64,000 nucleotides of DNA. Origin: Octopus vulgaris. Lineage: Eukaryota. The notes under the pieces were generated by a model. The model did not search any database. It saw only the letters and a list, made by a program, of their open reading frames with translations, and had not been told where the DNA came from. Below are positions 1 through 12,569 of this stretch, in pieces. A program made the translations under genes and the position numbers. How positions within the stretch are numbered: the first letter of the stretch is position 1; each line of letters opens with the position of its first letter. The stretch covers positions 55,986,001-56,050,000 of the forward strand of contig OX597826.1 in the NCBI GenBank assembly GCA_951406725.2, in the 5' to 3' direction.

Positions 1-217
1 TTTTATCCCGGCCAAATCTTTCGAAAATTTTGAAACCAATTGCGTAACTGCAAATATTACAAATTCCTCCATGTTGAGATGCCACTTATTTTTTCCTTCC
101 TCTTTCCTTTCATACATTAGCGTCCTTCTCTCACTTTACTCCACCTTCCTCTCACTCTTCCATTTCTTTCTTTTTCACGATTCCCAACAAACCTTATATA
201 TGCATTATTCTCTCTAA

Positions 218-545
218 ACGGAGATGTACTTGCATAGCAAATGATTTGATCTGAGATCGTGTGCTGAAACGAAAACAATTGCAGCGTGGAAGGTGTTTGT
301 AAGCCATTTAAGAAACACACAAAAGCCGTTCGATTCACTTCAACATTTAAGTTTAATTTGTCAAAATATCTTCGTCGCTTTAAGACCGCGACCTGTTCAG
401 CACGGATTTTCGTCAGTGAACAGGTTGCGGTCTTAAGGCGACGAAAATATTTTGACAAATTAAACTTAAATGTTGAAGTGAATCGAACGGCTTTTGTGTG
501 TTTCTTAAATGGCTTACAAACACCTTCCACGCTGCAATTGGTTTC
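218..545. mobile_element. Fold-back repeat element (probable Penelope-like pseudo-LTR with inverted duplication); 129-bp arms 271-399/417-545, 17-nt spacer
   Basis: Arms are reverse complements with about 4 differences (two are G-U). The same peptide appears on both strands in the ORF track (286+ and 530-). A second, non-folded copy lies at 13270-13470. Confidence 0.75.
408..459 (+). ncRNA. Minimal type-I hammerhead ribozyme-like motif, G3-C8 core variant
   Basis: Stem I gtca(412-415)/tgac(453-456); core GTGAACA (416-422) plus one extra G; stem II gttgc/gcgac (424-428/438-442); GAAA (443-446); palindromic ATAT in place of helix III; then U-U (451-452). Confidence 0.5.
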
Positions 546-654
546 TCAAAACGCTTTTCGGAAAACTTGATAAGTTGAAAGATGTGACTAAACTATAGAC
601 ATTATACAATCCGTAATATATGTAGGCGTGCATGAATGCATGCACGTGTGGAAC

Positions 655-724
<70 letters not shown>

Positions 725-734
725 TGTGTGTGTG

Positions 735-930
735 GGCGTAGGAGTGGCTGTGTGGTAAGTAGCTTGCTTACGAACCACATGGTTCCAGGTTCAGTCCCAC
801 TGCGTGGCACCTGTCTTCTACCATAGGCTAGGCGTACAAAGAATAAGTCCTGGGGGTCGATTTGCTCGACTAAAGGCAGTGCTCCAGCATGGCCACAGTC
901 AAATGACTGAAACAAGTAAAAGAGTAAAGA

Positions 931-931
<1 letters not shown>
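735..931 (+). mobile_element. tRNA-derived SINE family A, internally deleted copy
   Basis: Head ggagtggctgtgtggt...ggttcagtccc (A/B-box-like) and tail gctccagcatggccacagtcaaatgactgaaacaagtaaaagag, shared with many copies in this window. Confidence 0.85.
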
Positions 932-994
<63 letters not shown>

Positions 995-1000
995 TTTTTG

Positions 1001-1149
1001 AATTTAGTTTGCAAGATTCTTTATGTGAGATCGTATGTTGAAGCATATTTTGTTGTGTCTTGGGAGAGTCTTTCTCTTTCAGTGCCTTATAATTTAACAC
1101 ACTCACCGGTAAAATTTCCACTCATTTACACATTTATTTTTCTAAAATT

Positions 1150-1150
<1 letters not shown>
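1001..1150 (+). repeat. Interspersed repeat fragment related to the 34.65-34.84 kb fold-back element
   Basis: gttgaagcatattttgttgtgtcttgggagagtc...ctcaccggtaaaatttccac matches 34657-34734. Confidence 0.65.
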
Positions 1151-1200
<50 letters not shown>

Positions 1201-1356
1201 ATGTATGTATGTATGTATGTGTATATGTGTATGCGTGTCTGCACACATATATTTTATATTGTTATTTTGGGGTTTTTTCTTGCCAGTCTTCTCATACCAT
1301 TTGATAGTTTCTTCTTTTTCAGCGGAATTGTTTTGTATTCTAACTTTTGGCGATGC

Positions 1357-1426
1357 CTTGATGTCACAGTAAAGGCCTCTTTACCATTATGATTTTATTT
1401 TTTTATTTTACCACCATCACCACCAC

Positions 1427-1459
<33 letters not shown>

Positions 1460-1546
1460 TATAATCGTCACCATCATCACAATCATCTTCATCACCGCCA
1501 CCACCACACCCACCCTCACCACCAACAACAACAACGACACCATTAG

Positions 1547-1578
<32 letters not shown>

Positions 1579-1845
1579 CCATCATCATAATCATCACCAC
1601 CACCACCACCTTGATGTCACAGTAAAGACCACTTTACCATTATGATTTTATTTTTTATTTTTTATTTTTATCACCATCATCATCATTATAATCGTCACCA
1701 TCACCATCACCACGATCATCATAATCATCTTCATCACCGGCGCCACCACCCCCACTACCACCAACAACAACGACACCATCGTCATCATCATCATAATCGT
1801 CAGCATCAGCATCATCACCACCACCACCACCACCACCACCATCAT
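1357..1845. repeat. Local tandem duplication (~253-bp unit) containing CAT/CAC trinucleotide tracts
   Basis: cttgatgtcacagtaaag...tttaccattatgattttattttt occurs at ~1357 and ~1610, each followed by the same order of interrupted CAT/CAC blocks. Confidence 0.85.
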
Positions 1846-2496
1846 TATCCTTCATCATCATGATCCTTCATCACGGTCATCATCATTATTTTCGTCGTTA
1901 CCATCGTCGTCGTCGTCACCCCGTCAATCGCTTCGCTTTCAGCACATAAATCGCAATCAGCCGTCACAGTCACCTGACATGACATCGTTTCGTATTTTTC
2001 ACCAAACTGAACGGGTAATTAAAATACACGCGCACAGATCTCAGCTTTCAGGTTCAAATTATTTATAATCTTCAGTAAAAACAGTCCAGCTGGTGTTTAA
2101 CTGCTGCAGAAGATTTCTTAATTAGTTTTGCTTCCATGAGAAACTGTAGAAGAAAATTTCCATATTTCCACTAATGTGTGGTCATTTATCCGTACAGAAA
2201 CTGACAGCTTTCGATATTAAATCTTCACAATTCATTTGCTCTAATTTGAGAGTTGGAAACATAAATAAAATATACGTAAATAATATCAGAAAGAAATTTA
2301 GTCATTGAAAAGCCCGGTATTGTGCAATGGTATGGGTATTACGTATGCATATCAATGTATAATACATTGATATGCTTGAATTGGTTTGTTTTGTTTGATG
2401 TTTGTTGCTGTTTTTGTTGTTGTTACTTTTGTTGCTGTTTATGTTGTTGCTATGTTTTTGTTGGTATTATCTTTCATTTTGTAAGGCAAAAAATAC

Positions 2497-2608
<112 letters not shown>

Positions 2609-2829
2609 GTATATATATATACATATATATGTATTTATGTATGTATATATATGTGGGTATGTGTGTGTGTGTATTTTGTTGTGTCCAGGAAAAGTCATTA
2701 TACCATACATACATATATACATATGCATATATATATACATATATATACATATGTATGTGGGTGTGTATATATATACATACACACACACGTATATATATAT
2801 ATATACGTATATTAATTTGCAAGTTGGTG

Positions 2830-2896
<67 letters not shown>

Positions 2897-3455
2897 GGAT
2901 AGATAGACAGATACATACGTTCAACTTGCAAGTGCCACACGTTTATAAATGTCTACAATCACATACTACATTCTGCAGCGTATCTGAACAGATAGTTGTA
3001 AATTTCTATCGCTGATTATAAATGACTGAAGAAAAAATGAATAAATAAATATATAAATAAATAAAAAAATAACAATTTTGAAAATGAGCAGAAACAACCG
3101 AAATATAAAGAAGATAACTACAGTCAATCTTTTATGCAAAAATCTCCTCCATGTTTCTTTTATTTTTTTAAATTTTCGAAATTTAACATTAAAAATAGGA
3201 TTTGAAATTAACATTTGGAAATGATTCATTATATTAATTATATGGATAAATAATTTGTTGTTATACAGCAAATGCTTTCTGATGCAAAGTGATTAGCGAG
3301 AGAGGTCAATGGAAGGCTAAAAGAATCTGATTTGCAGTGATGTGCAACAACATGGCTAATATGTATAAAAGGAAGACATCTTTGACAGTATAGTCGACCA
3401 GTTATTTGCATGTTTCTGTGCACCTATATCTGTAATGTATGCATGATATATATAT

Positions 3456-3754
3456 ACTCTTTTACATGTCTCAGTCATTAGACTGTGGCCATGCTGGAGC
3501 ACCGTCTTTAGTCGAGCAAATCGACCCCAAGACTTATTCTTTGTAAGCCTAGTACATATTCTATCGGTCTCTTTTGCGTAACCGCTAAGTTACGGGGACG
3601 TCAAGCGATGTTGAAGGGACAAACACAGAGACACAAATATATACACACATATACATATACACATATATATGCATATACGACGGGCTTCCTCCAGTTTCCG
3701 TCTACCAAATCCACTCACAAGGCTTTGGTCGGCCCGAGATTATAGTAGAAGACA
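3456..3754 (-). mobile_element. SINE family A, 5'-truncated
   Basis: Reverse complement of the family A body and tail (gactgtggccatgctggagcacc...gacgggcttc...tagtagaagaca). Confidence 0.85.
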
Positions 3755-4474
3755 ATTCCTCCAGTTTCCATATGCACATAAGAAACTCTCTTTCGAACTA
3801 TGTGGTTCGGGGTTCAAATCCACTGCGTGGTACATTGAGCGCATCTTATTTGCTATAGCCCCTAAGCAGACCAATATGCCTTTGTGAGTGAATTTAGTTG
3901 ATTAAAACTATGTAAACCCAATGTAAATTTACATATTTGCGCGTGCGCGCCTGTGTGTACGTGTGTGCGTTTGGGTGTGGGTGTCTTTCTGTCTGCGTTT
4001 GTCCAATGCTCACCGTTTTGTTGTTTTGTTTACCTTTCTGTAAATTATGTCCCCAAAACTATACTATAGTGACCAATAATAGGTACGAAACTTATATCCA
4101 TAAATACTGACGACAATGTGTTCGACTAAAACCCTTCAAGTTGATGCTCCAGCAGTGCCACGTCTCAGTTACTGGAACAATAAAAAAATATATGGTGTCT
4201 TTTCTGGGTGTTTACATTTTGACAGCAACCCCTGTGTTGATACTGGTATCAAGCTATATCACTCCAAGTTGATGTCAGTTCCTTTGGATAAACATCAGAC
4301 GTTTGGAGACAGAATATTTTCATAGATGGGCAACTTGCGAATCTTCCTCAAAAAAATCTTGCCCTGACTTCACCATTCATGTTCAGATGGATGGTAAAGT
4401 TGGGCCAATGTCAGCCTTACCAATCCAGGTCAAACCTCATCAAGTTTACCTGTAATCAAATATATTCTTTGAAC

Positions 4475-4797
4475 TTTTATGTTTTACTTGTTTCAATCCT
4501 TTGAGCGAGGCCATGCTGGGGCACCACCTTCAAGAATTTTATGTAGAATGAATCGACCCCATCACTTTTTCATCTTGGTACTTACTGTATTGATGTCTTT
4601 TGCCGAGCCGCTAATTTACGACGAGAAAAGACGCAGTGATGTGAATAAACACAGACACACAGGCACACACACACACGCACACATATACGAGGCTATAGTA
4701 GAAGACACTTGCCCAAGGTGCCACACAGTGGGACTGAACCCAACACCAAGTGGTTGGTAAGCAAGCTACTTACCACACAGCCACTGCTATATCTATG

Positions 4798-4880
<83 letters not shown>

Positions 4881-5030
4881 GACGGGTTTCTTTCAGTGTC
4901 CGTGTACCAAATCCACTCACAATCCTTTGGTTCGCCCGCGGCTAAAGCAGAAAATAGTTGTTCGAGCAGTCACTCAGTGGGACTGAACCTGGAACCATGT
5001 AGTTGAGAAGCAAACTTTTGTCACATCGCC
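4475..5030 (-). mobile_element. Two decayed SINE family A copies separated by (TA)n
   Basis: gacacttgcccaaggtgccacacagtgggactgaacc and related motifs at 4690-4785 and 4880-5030. Confidence 0.75.
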
Positions 5031-5657
5031 AAGCTTGTAAATGTAACCATGTGTATTTTTTTTTTATTAATGTGTATCACGGACTATATTATTCCATGAT
5101 TATATTTTAGATTGGTTGTGCTTCTTCCGAAAAATATTTAGCTGCTATTTCTGGTTAGTTTCTCGACCACTGACAATATGAATTATTCTTCATTGACATG
5201 ACACTAACGGAAAATATTAAATTACTTATTCACACTCTAAGCATTTGTATATTTAAGAAATTAATTCTGAAGAACAGCTTTTGTCAGAAACGTCAGCTTT
5301 CTAAGGAAAAAGCCATACAAATTTATTCAGCACAGTTGTCAATTTAATATTTTTGTGCAACATTACTGTATATCTGCCGACTCAGTGTCGTTATATTACA
5401 CAGAAAATTAAAATTCATAATTTAATTTTCACACAAAAAATCTTTATGTAATAACGTTGCAATAAGAATCAAGATCTTTTCGAGAAACCTATATTTACTG
5501 TCATTCCTATATTACGCCATAACTTCTCCCAATAAAAATACCATCAACTTAGAAATTTACACAATTTTCAAAAAAAATTCTTGTTCGTTTACGTTAAATT
5601 AATTTCTTCATTTGAACATTATTATTATTATTATTATCATTATTATTATTATTATTA

Positions 5658-5730
<73 letters not shown>

Positions 5731-5994
5731 GTATTTATTTATTTACTTTTTCCTAGTGTTATACTCCGTTTTTATTTTTTATCTTTCCCCGGTTTCTTTC
5801 CTTCACTTCGTCGTAGTTATAGCTAAGTTTATTTTATGCCATCGACAAAATGGCAGAGAACATTTCCAAGAGTCAACATTATATACATACTTGCATATAT
5901 ATTATATATATATATATATACATACATATATATATATATATGTATATAAATACATATATGTATTTCTGTATATTTCTATGTAAGCATATATATT

Positions 5995-6044
<50 letters not shown>

Positions 6045-6070
6045 TTTGCACACACACACACAAACACAGA

Positions 6071-6125
<55 letters not shown>

Positions 6126-6171
6126 ATACATATATAAACATATATACATATATACATATATATACATATAT

Positions 6172-6203
<32 letters not shown>

Positions 6204-6796
6204 ATATATATATGTGTATATATATATATATATGTACATGTGTACTTCCAAGGATTCATTATTTGACATCACTTTCAATTTGTAACAAGTTGCAGCCATT
6301 TTATTTTAATATATATATATATATGTGTGTATGTATGTGTGTGTGTGTGTGTGCGTGCGTGTGTGTGTGTGTGTGGGTGTGTGTGTGTATTTATGTTCAT
6401 AGGAAAAATGAAAGAAGAGGAAAGGGAAGCGGAAGAGGGTTGGAGGTGGGTAAGCGGACTGTTTCTTCTTTCCTATTTACTTTTGGCGTTAATTCTGCGA
6501 CTTGAAATTTCTATTGCAAAGATCTACTCGACCATATTGATGGGCGGCAGCAGCAAAAAAAAAAAAAAGTGAATAAATAAAAAATAAATAAATAAATGCA
6601 TTTCAAAAATTACTGGTAACTGCCATTCACTATTCAATAACTTAGTACGAAGATTTAGCTTGTTAGTAAACATTATCAAGAGTAATTTAAATATTCTCCT
6701 ATAATATACACATTGACAGCTTTGTATATGTGCACGTATATATATATAAATATATATAAACATATACATATATATATATATGTATATATATATATG

Positions 6797-6906
<110 letters not shown>

Positions 6907-7389
6907 TGAGTATAAATATATATATATACATATTTATATATACATATATATATATATAAATATACACATACATATATATATATTTAGGGAGAGAGAGATA
7001 CATAGATACATATATATATGTATGCATCTACACATATATGTATGTGTTTGTGTGTGTGTTTGTATACGTATGTGTACGTATATGTGTATGAGTTGTCTAT
7101 TTAAGTATGTATGTAAATATCTAAGTAAATAACGACGTACGTGTGAAAATGGACACGTAAGTATGCATATGTGTATGTGCAAGTGTATGCGCGTCTCTGT
7201 GTGTGTGTGTGTATGTGTGTGTGTGTGCGTGTGTGTGTGTGTCTGAGAGAGAGAATGTTCCTTTCAAGTATGCTTAAGAATGTATGCATCGATTACGTAA
7301 GTGCGACTGCGTGACTTACATGAGTGTGTATGGGAGCGCGTGCGCGGGTGCATGTGTGTTTGTGTGGCCATGTGTGTGTGTGTGTTCAG

Positions 7390-7474
7390 TGGTCTTGTCA
7401 GTCACCAGGAAGCCAGCAGAAGATGTGGACAGACCTCTTAATGAATCTTCGTTGTCGGAACCAATACGATATAA
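7390..7474 (+). CDS. Internal coding exon (85 nt, phase 1 to 2) of an unidentified gene: [27 protein letters not shown]
   Basis: Island of complex sequence inside microsatellites; acceptor tgtgttcAG|, donor AA|GTATGT; open frame; its phase joins exon 14518. Confidence 0.65.
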
Positions 7475-7498
7475 GTATGTATATATGACTATGTATAA

Positions 7499-7541
<43 letters not shown>

Positions 7542-7577
7542 TGTGTATATATATATATATATACACATATGAATGTT

Positions 7578-7636
<59 letters not shown>

Positions 7637-8102
7637 ATATATATAACTATGTATAAATATACATATACATATACATATATATACAAATACATACATCCAT
7701 ACATATATATTTACGTTCATGTATATATGCATGTATTTATACATGTATTTATGTATTATATGTGTATGTACGTAGGAGCATGTGTGTGCGAGTATGTAAC
7801 TATGAATATATGAAAGTATATAAGTATGGTTGTGTATGCATTTGTGTATGTGCCTGCGTATTCGAAACATTTTGTTCATATATCTATTTATTTGGAGAGC
7901 TGTTTTATTTGTGCACACAGCGAATCAGGATGAAATATATACTGTGTTTGACGTGAGAGGGATGCTTTAATTTGTATATACATAGGTACATATAGGTGCG
8001 TATGTTGGTATGTATGTCTACGTATGTGTGTAAAAAAATATATTCATATACACAAGCATGCACCCGCGCACACGCAACACACACGCACACGCACACACAC
8101 AT

Positions 8103-8135
<33 letters not shown>

Positions 8136-8227
8136 TGAGTGCATTTTGCAGCAAAAGTCAAAATAAGTTTCTCTCAAGTTATCTACTCCAGTATAGTTTT
8201 GTTCTAACAAAACACCCACTTTAAGTG

Positions 8228-8286
<59 letters not shown>

Positions 8287-8291
<5 letters not shown>

Positions 8292-8620
8292 TCGCCATAC
8301 TAATATGGCAGTCTATAAATAAGACTAAAGTTGTCGCTGATTAGCTCGAAGAGGCCACCGCCTCTAGGTAGCTATTTGACACACGAACCTTCGTCCATTA
8401 CAACCTTCGAACGGGGATATATATATTATATAGTTGAAATTTACAGGAAAGCAAAAGACGAAGACAGGTGTATAAACAACAAGCAGGTGTATTAGTTTGA
8501 CGCTAGGGAAGGTGAAGAATCTTTTACCTTTCGAGCATACGCTCTTGAAGAAATAGGGAACACGAGGAAATAAACAGAGAGAGAGAGAATTGAAAAAAAG
8601 TTGTATAAATATATATATAT
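8287..8620. mobile_element. Interspersed repeat fragments, possibly Penelope-like pLTR, with a decayed hammerhead-like stem on the - strand
   Basis: Flanked by (TA)n. The - strand has GAGC-gtat-GCTC-GAAA-gg-TA. A related fragment occurs in the opposite orientation at ~58700-58765. Confidence 0.45.
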
Positions 8621-10625
8621 ATATACCAACATATATCAAACAGGTGTCTTATTTTTTCTACCGTATATACAATAGCAGCCATGCTAGCACTCCATCATGC
8701 TAGTAACCCCATGGACGACTTGTCCATGGAGCTAAGCTCTTTATGGATGCGAAATCATTGTCCGTTCCATGACCGGTGATATATTTAACTGCATATAAAT
8801 ACATTACTGACCTATGCTTCAGATTGTGCTTCTGCTTCACATATATGATACACTGTTGACACACGCACACAAAGACACAAACACACACACACAAACACAC
8901 AAATGATGAGTTTCCAAGCAGTTTCCATCTACTAAATTTACTCACAAGACATTGATCAGCCCCGTGCAGAGGGACCGATCGCGAAACCACGAGGGCGCAT
9001 AGTGAACTCTTTAACCACACGGCTATAGCTTTCTAATCTTTTTTCTTTGTTTTTTTATATTTAGTTACTAATGCCTGGTAGAAATTAAATAAAATTAACT
9101 GAGATTTTGAATCGTTCATGCTTGTTTTGTTTTGGTTTTTTTTGTTGTTTTTTTTTCTCTTAACCATTAATGCAACATAAAATTGAAAGACAACCACAGC
9201 AGACGGATACTGAAACGGTGCTACGAATTTTGTCTTGCTAGCAAGTTTTACCTCTTGCTCTACTGCGCTCGCTACCTTTAAGTGCAGCGTGATTTATGCT
9301 TAAAAATCAATATGGTTTATAATTTGCGATCATTAAGTTTTATTCCGAGTATTTAAACAAAACCGGAGAGATTTTATGTGAAGTTCTAAAATAAAACTGA
9401 ATGTGATTTACAGGTTTTCAAAGAACTTAAATTATATCTTACTAATAACGTACTTGCAGGAATTCCTTGGTAAAGGAATAGACAACGGAGATAATGTACA
9501 GGAATTAGTATTTTCTGGCACCATCTGAAAGAAAAATAAAGATTTATAGCCATTCCATTTAACAAATATGGTAATATTGTTTGTTTGTTTGTTGACTTGT
9601 TGTTGTTGTTGTTGGTTATAGTTATATATTTTATTTCTTTAAATAGGTTTTGTTTAAATATCTTCTTCCGCAGCAAAGATTTCTGTTTTCATATTTTACA
9701 TACAAGAGTTGTTTTGTGATTTATTTTATAAATCTATTCATTTTTTTTTCTTTTTCATTTTTTTTTTCTTTTTCATTTTTTTTTTGTTCTTTCGGGATGT
9801 TTTTTTTTTTTTTTTCCTTTTCTTTATGGTTTTTGTGTTTGTGTGTATATTTTCAATAATTAAACCATATTCTGAAGCCAGAAAAATTGTTGTAAGGGAA
9901 ATGTGGATTAAAAGAGATAATTTGATTAGAATTAAAAGAAAGAAAGAATGAATAACATGGAGAGAAGGAAAGAATGAGAGTGTGTATGAGGAAGGAAAAG
10001 CGAGACAGTGGGAGGAGAAAGATAGGAAGATGGAGAGAGACAGAGGGAATCGGAGAAAGAGTGAGAAAGAGAGAGAGAGAGATAGCAAGAAAGGAATGAA
10101 ATAATTCTAAGAAGGCATGAAAACGAAGAGACAAACTGAAAGAAACAGATTTAGGAAGAAAGTGAGGGGGATAGATGCAAATAGACAAAGTAAGAGATGG
10201 AGAGACAGAGAGACAGAGAAAGAGATAGATAAAGAAAAACAAGAGAAACTGCTAAAGCAGAGAATGTGGTAGAGAGAGAGAGAGAGCAAATGAGAGAACG
10301 AAATTATAAAGAGATGAATGGCAAACGTATTTTCATTTGAGGAAAATCATATGAAGCAGTGACTGGGGATTTAGCTCTCAGGTGCCCGCAGCAATAAAAT
10401 AGATTAATTTCAAATTTCTTCTTTAGTAAATCAAATTGATTTATTAGCTAATCTATTATTATTATTATTATTAAGCCAGGGATTACCAATGAATACATTC
10501 CTGTATATGGAATATAAACATGGATATCGGCTAAATAGGATATAATAGTTCATATGTTGTTACAAGACAGCTAATTCACAGTGGATTCGGGATGTATCTC
10601 TATTGAATCGATATCAGTATATAAC

Positions 10626-10628
<3 letters not shown>

Positions 10629-10691
<63 letters not shown>

Positions 10692-10758
10692 TAATAATAA
10701 TAACAATAATAACAACAACAACAACAACAACAGCAACAACAACAACAACAACAACAAC

Positions 10759-10842
<84 letters not shown>
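10629..10842. repeat. (TAA)n/(CAA)n tract followed by inverted (TTA)n
   Basis: Direct reading; the strand switch is at 10790/10791. Confidence 0.95.
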
Positions 10843-10843
<1 letters not shown>

Positions 10844-11421
10844 AAATGCCCCCCTGATGCAGTACCAGACAGTGGCTTTCGTGACTTCTGATCTTAACTG
10901 TTTGGAAGTGCTATCATGTGCTATCATCTTGGTATAAAAGATGGGCTACAGCAAATATTATGCTCAATACCACAGATTTGCTTGTCAGTTATTTGACCTT
11001 AACCAGTTGACCATGTCCCTTAGTGACTGACGATATGTGCATCTCTGATCATGAGCAGAAGTAGTAGGGGAGCATCATAGCCGTGTGTTGAAATGAATTC
11101 TTAGAGTCTTGGATAATTCACCTTTGGAAACATGGGTGGTTCGTTCAACATTCTTAAACAATCCTTATTCAGGGTCCTTTTGAGCGGGATGTGCTACTCG
11201 ACCAGAAGAAAATTCTAATTGGGCCCCACCTGCAAGGTCATGCGCTGTTTATTTTAATATGAGATCACCATGTCGTGCACATATGGTTGTGATGCATGTG
11301 CCTGGTGTACCCTTATTAGACGGCTAGTCATGATGGGTATACTGGGCTTCGTATATTTTACCCCAGTGTCGCTTTGATGGCATGCACTGCTCTCTTACTC
11401 AACAACAACAACAACAACAAC

Positions 11422-11489
<68 letters not shown>

Positions 11490-11500
11490 TAATAATAATA
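10843..11500 (+). mobile_element. Probable LINE 3' UTR fragment ending in a (CAA)/(TAA)n tail, inserted in a TAA microsatellite
   Basis: About 560 bp of complex non-coding sequence bounded by TAA-type tracts on both sides; no RT motif is visible. Confidence 0.5.
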
Positions 11501-11667
11501 ATTTTTTTAATGTAAACCACAAAGGTTTACATTAAGAAAAATATTATGGATAATACAGGACAAAACAAAGAATGTGTGTGTGTATGTGTGCGAGTATATG
11601 CTGCTGTGGAGGTTTTGCGTGTAAACAAGACTAACAAAATTTAAAAGGCAAAAATGCTTTTCAAAAT

Positions 11668-12077
11668 TTGGCACAAGGCCAACAAGTTCGGGGGGAGGGG
11701 GTAAATCAATTACATCGAACCCAGTGATCGACTGATAATTATTTTTTTGACCCTGAAATGATGAAAGGCAAATTCGACCTTGGCGGAATTTGAACTCAGA
11801 ACGTAATGACGGAAGAAATGCCGCTAAGCATTTTCCCTGGCGTACTAACTATTCTGTCAGCTCGGCGCCTTAAAATAACGGCTTCAAATTTAGCCACTAG
11901 GGCAGCCATTTTAGTGGATTACATCCACTCCAGTGCATGACTGGTACTTATTTTATCAAACCCGAAAGGATGAAAGGCAAACTCGACCTCTTCGGAATTT
12001 GACCTCAGAACGGAGCGACGGCGAAATACCGCTAAGCATTTTACCCGTTGTACTAACGATTCTGTCAGCTCGCTGCC

Positions 12078-12078
<1 letters not shown>
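11668..12078 (-). mobile_element. Two SINE family B copies (Deu/Nin-like core gcctttcatcctttcggggtcgataaa)
   Basis: gatgaaaggcaaa..cgacct..gcggaatttgaactcagaacg...ccgctaagcattt occurs twice. Confidence 0.85.
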
Positions 12079-12145
<67 letters not shown>

Positions 12146-12146
<1 letters not shown>

Positions 12147-12545
12147 GGAAGCCGGGCATAGTCTTAATTGAGAAAGAAAACAAACTGGATTATAAACGTA
12201 GCATGCCCAGCTGACAACAATGTATGCGATAAGGAAGAAAGAAAAGTCGAGAAATATGACAGGTTAGCTTGGGAAGTTAAACAGTAGTGGTCGATGAAAA
12301 AGGTAGTAGTAGTACCAAAAATTGTCGGAGCCCAGGGAACAGTGAGCAAAAATCTCGAGAAGTACGTGGAATGAATAGGGGCTGCAATAAGGGTGGAGCA
12401 CTTGCAGAAAACAGCACTGCTTGGAACCGCTCGAATACTCCGGAAGGAGCTCGAAAAATAAGAAGTATTACCTTAGTTCACTGGTAATGAACAGCTGACA
12501 TCATAGTATATCTCCAGCGTTAGAAGCTGTGCAAAGGCAGCAATA
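12146..12545 (+). mobile_element. 3' end of an RLE-type (R4/Dong-like) non-LTR retrotransposon, decayed
   Basis: With one frameshift and two stops it translates to RKPGIVLIEKENK/WIINVACPADNNVCDKEERKVEKYDRLAWEVKQ*WSMKKVVVVPKIVGAQGTVSKNLEKYVE*IGAAIRVEHLQKTALLGTARILRKELEK*. This fits a restriction-like endonuclease (RPD..D..P..KE..K..KY..L) and the typical C-terminus. It is flanked by (TAA)n. Confidence 0.85.
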
Positions 12546-12569
12546 ACTATTATTATTATAATCCTTTCT

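Noticed and set aside
117-570. Identical N-terminal peptides on both strands (MEGVCKPFKK...)
   Set aside because: A consequence of the inverted repeat, not two genes; the same applies to 63603+/63892-.
6490-6555. Weak inverted similarity with 14985-15045 (caatatggt..gag..tagaaat) bracketing the two exons
   Set aside because: The match is short and gapped in AT-rich DNA and cannot be distinguished from chance by eye.
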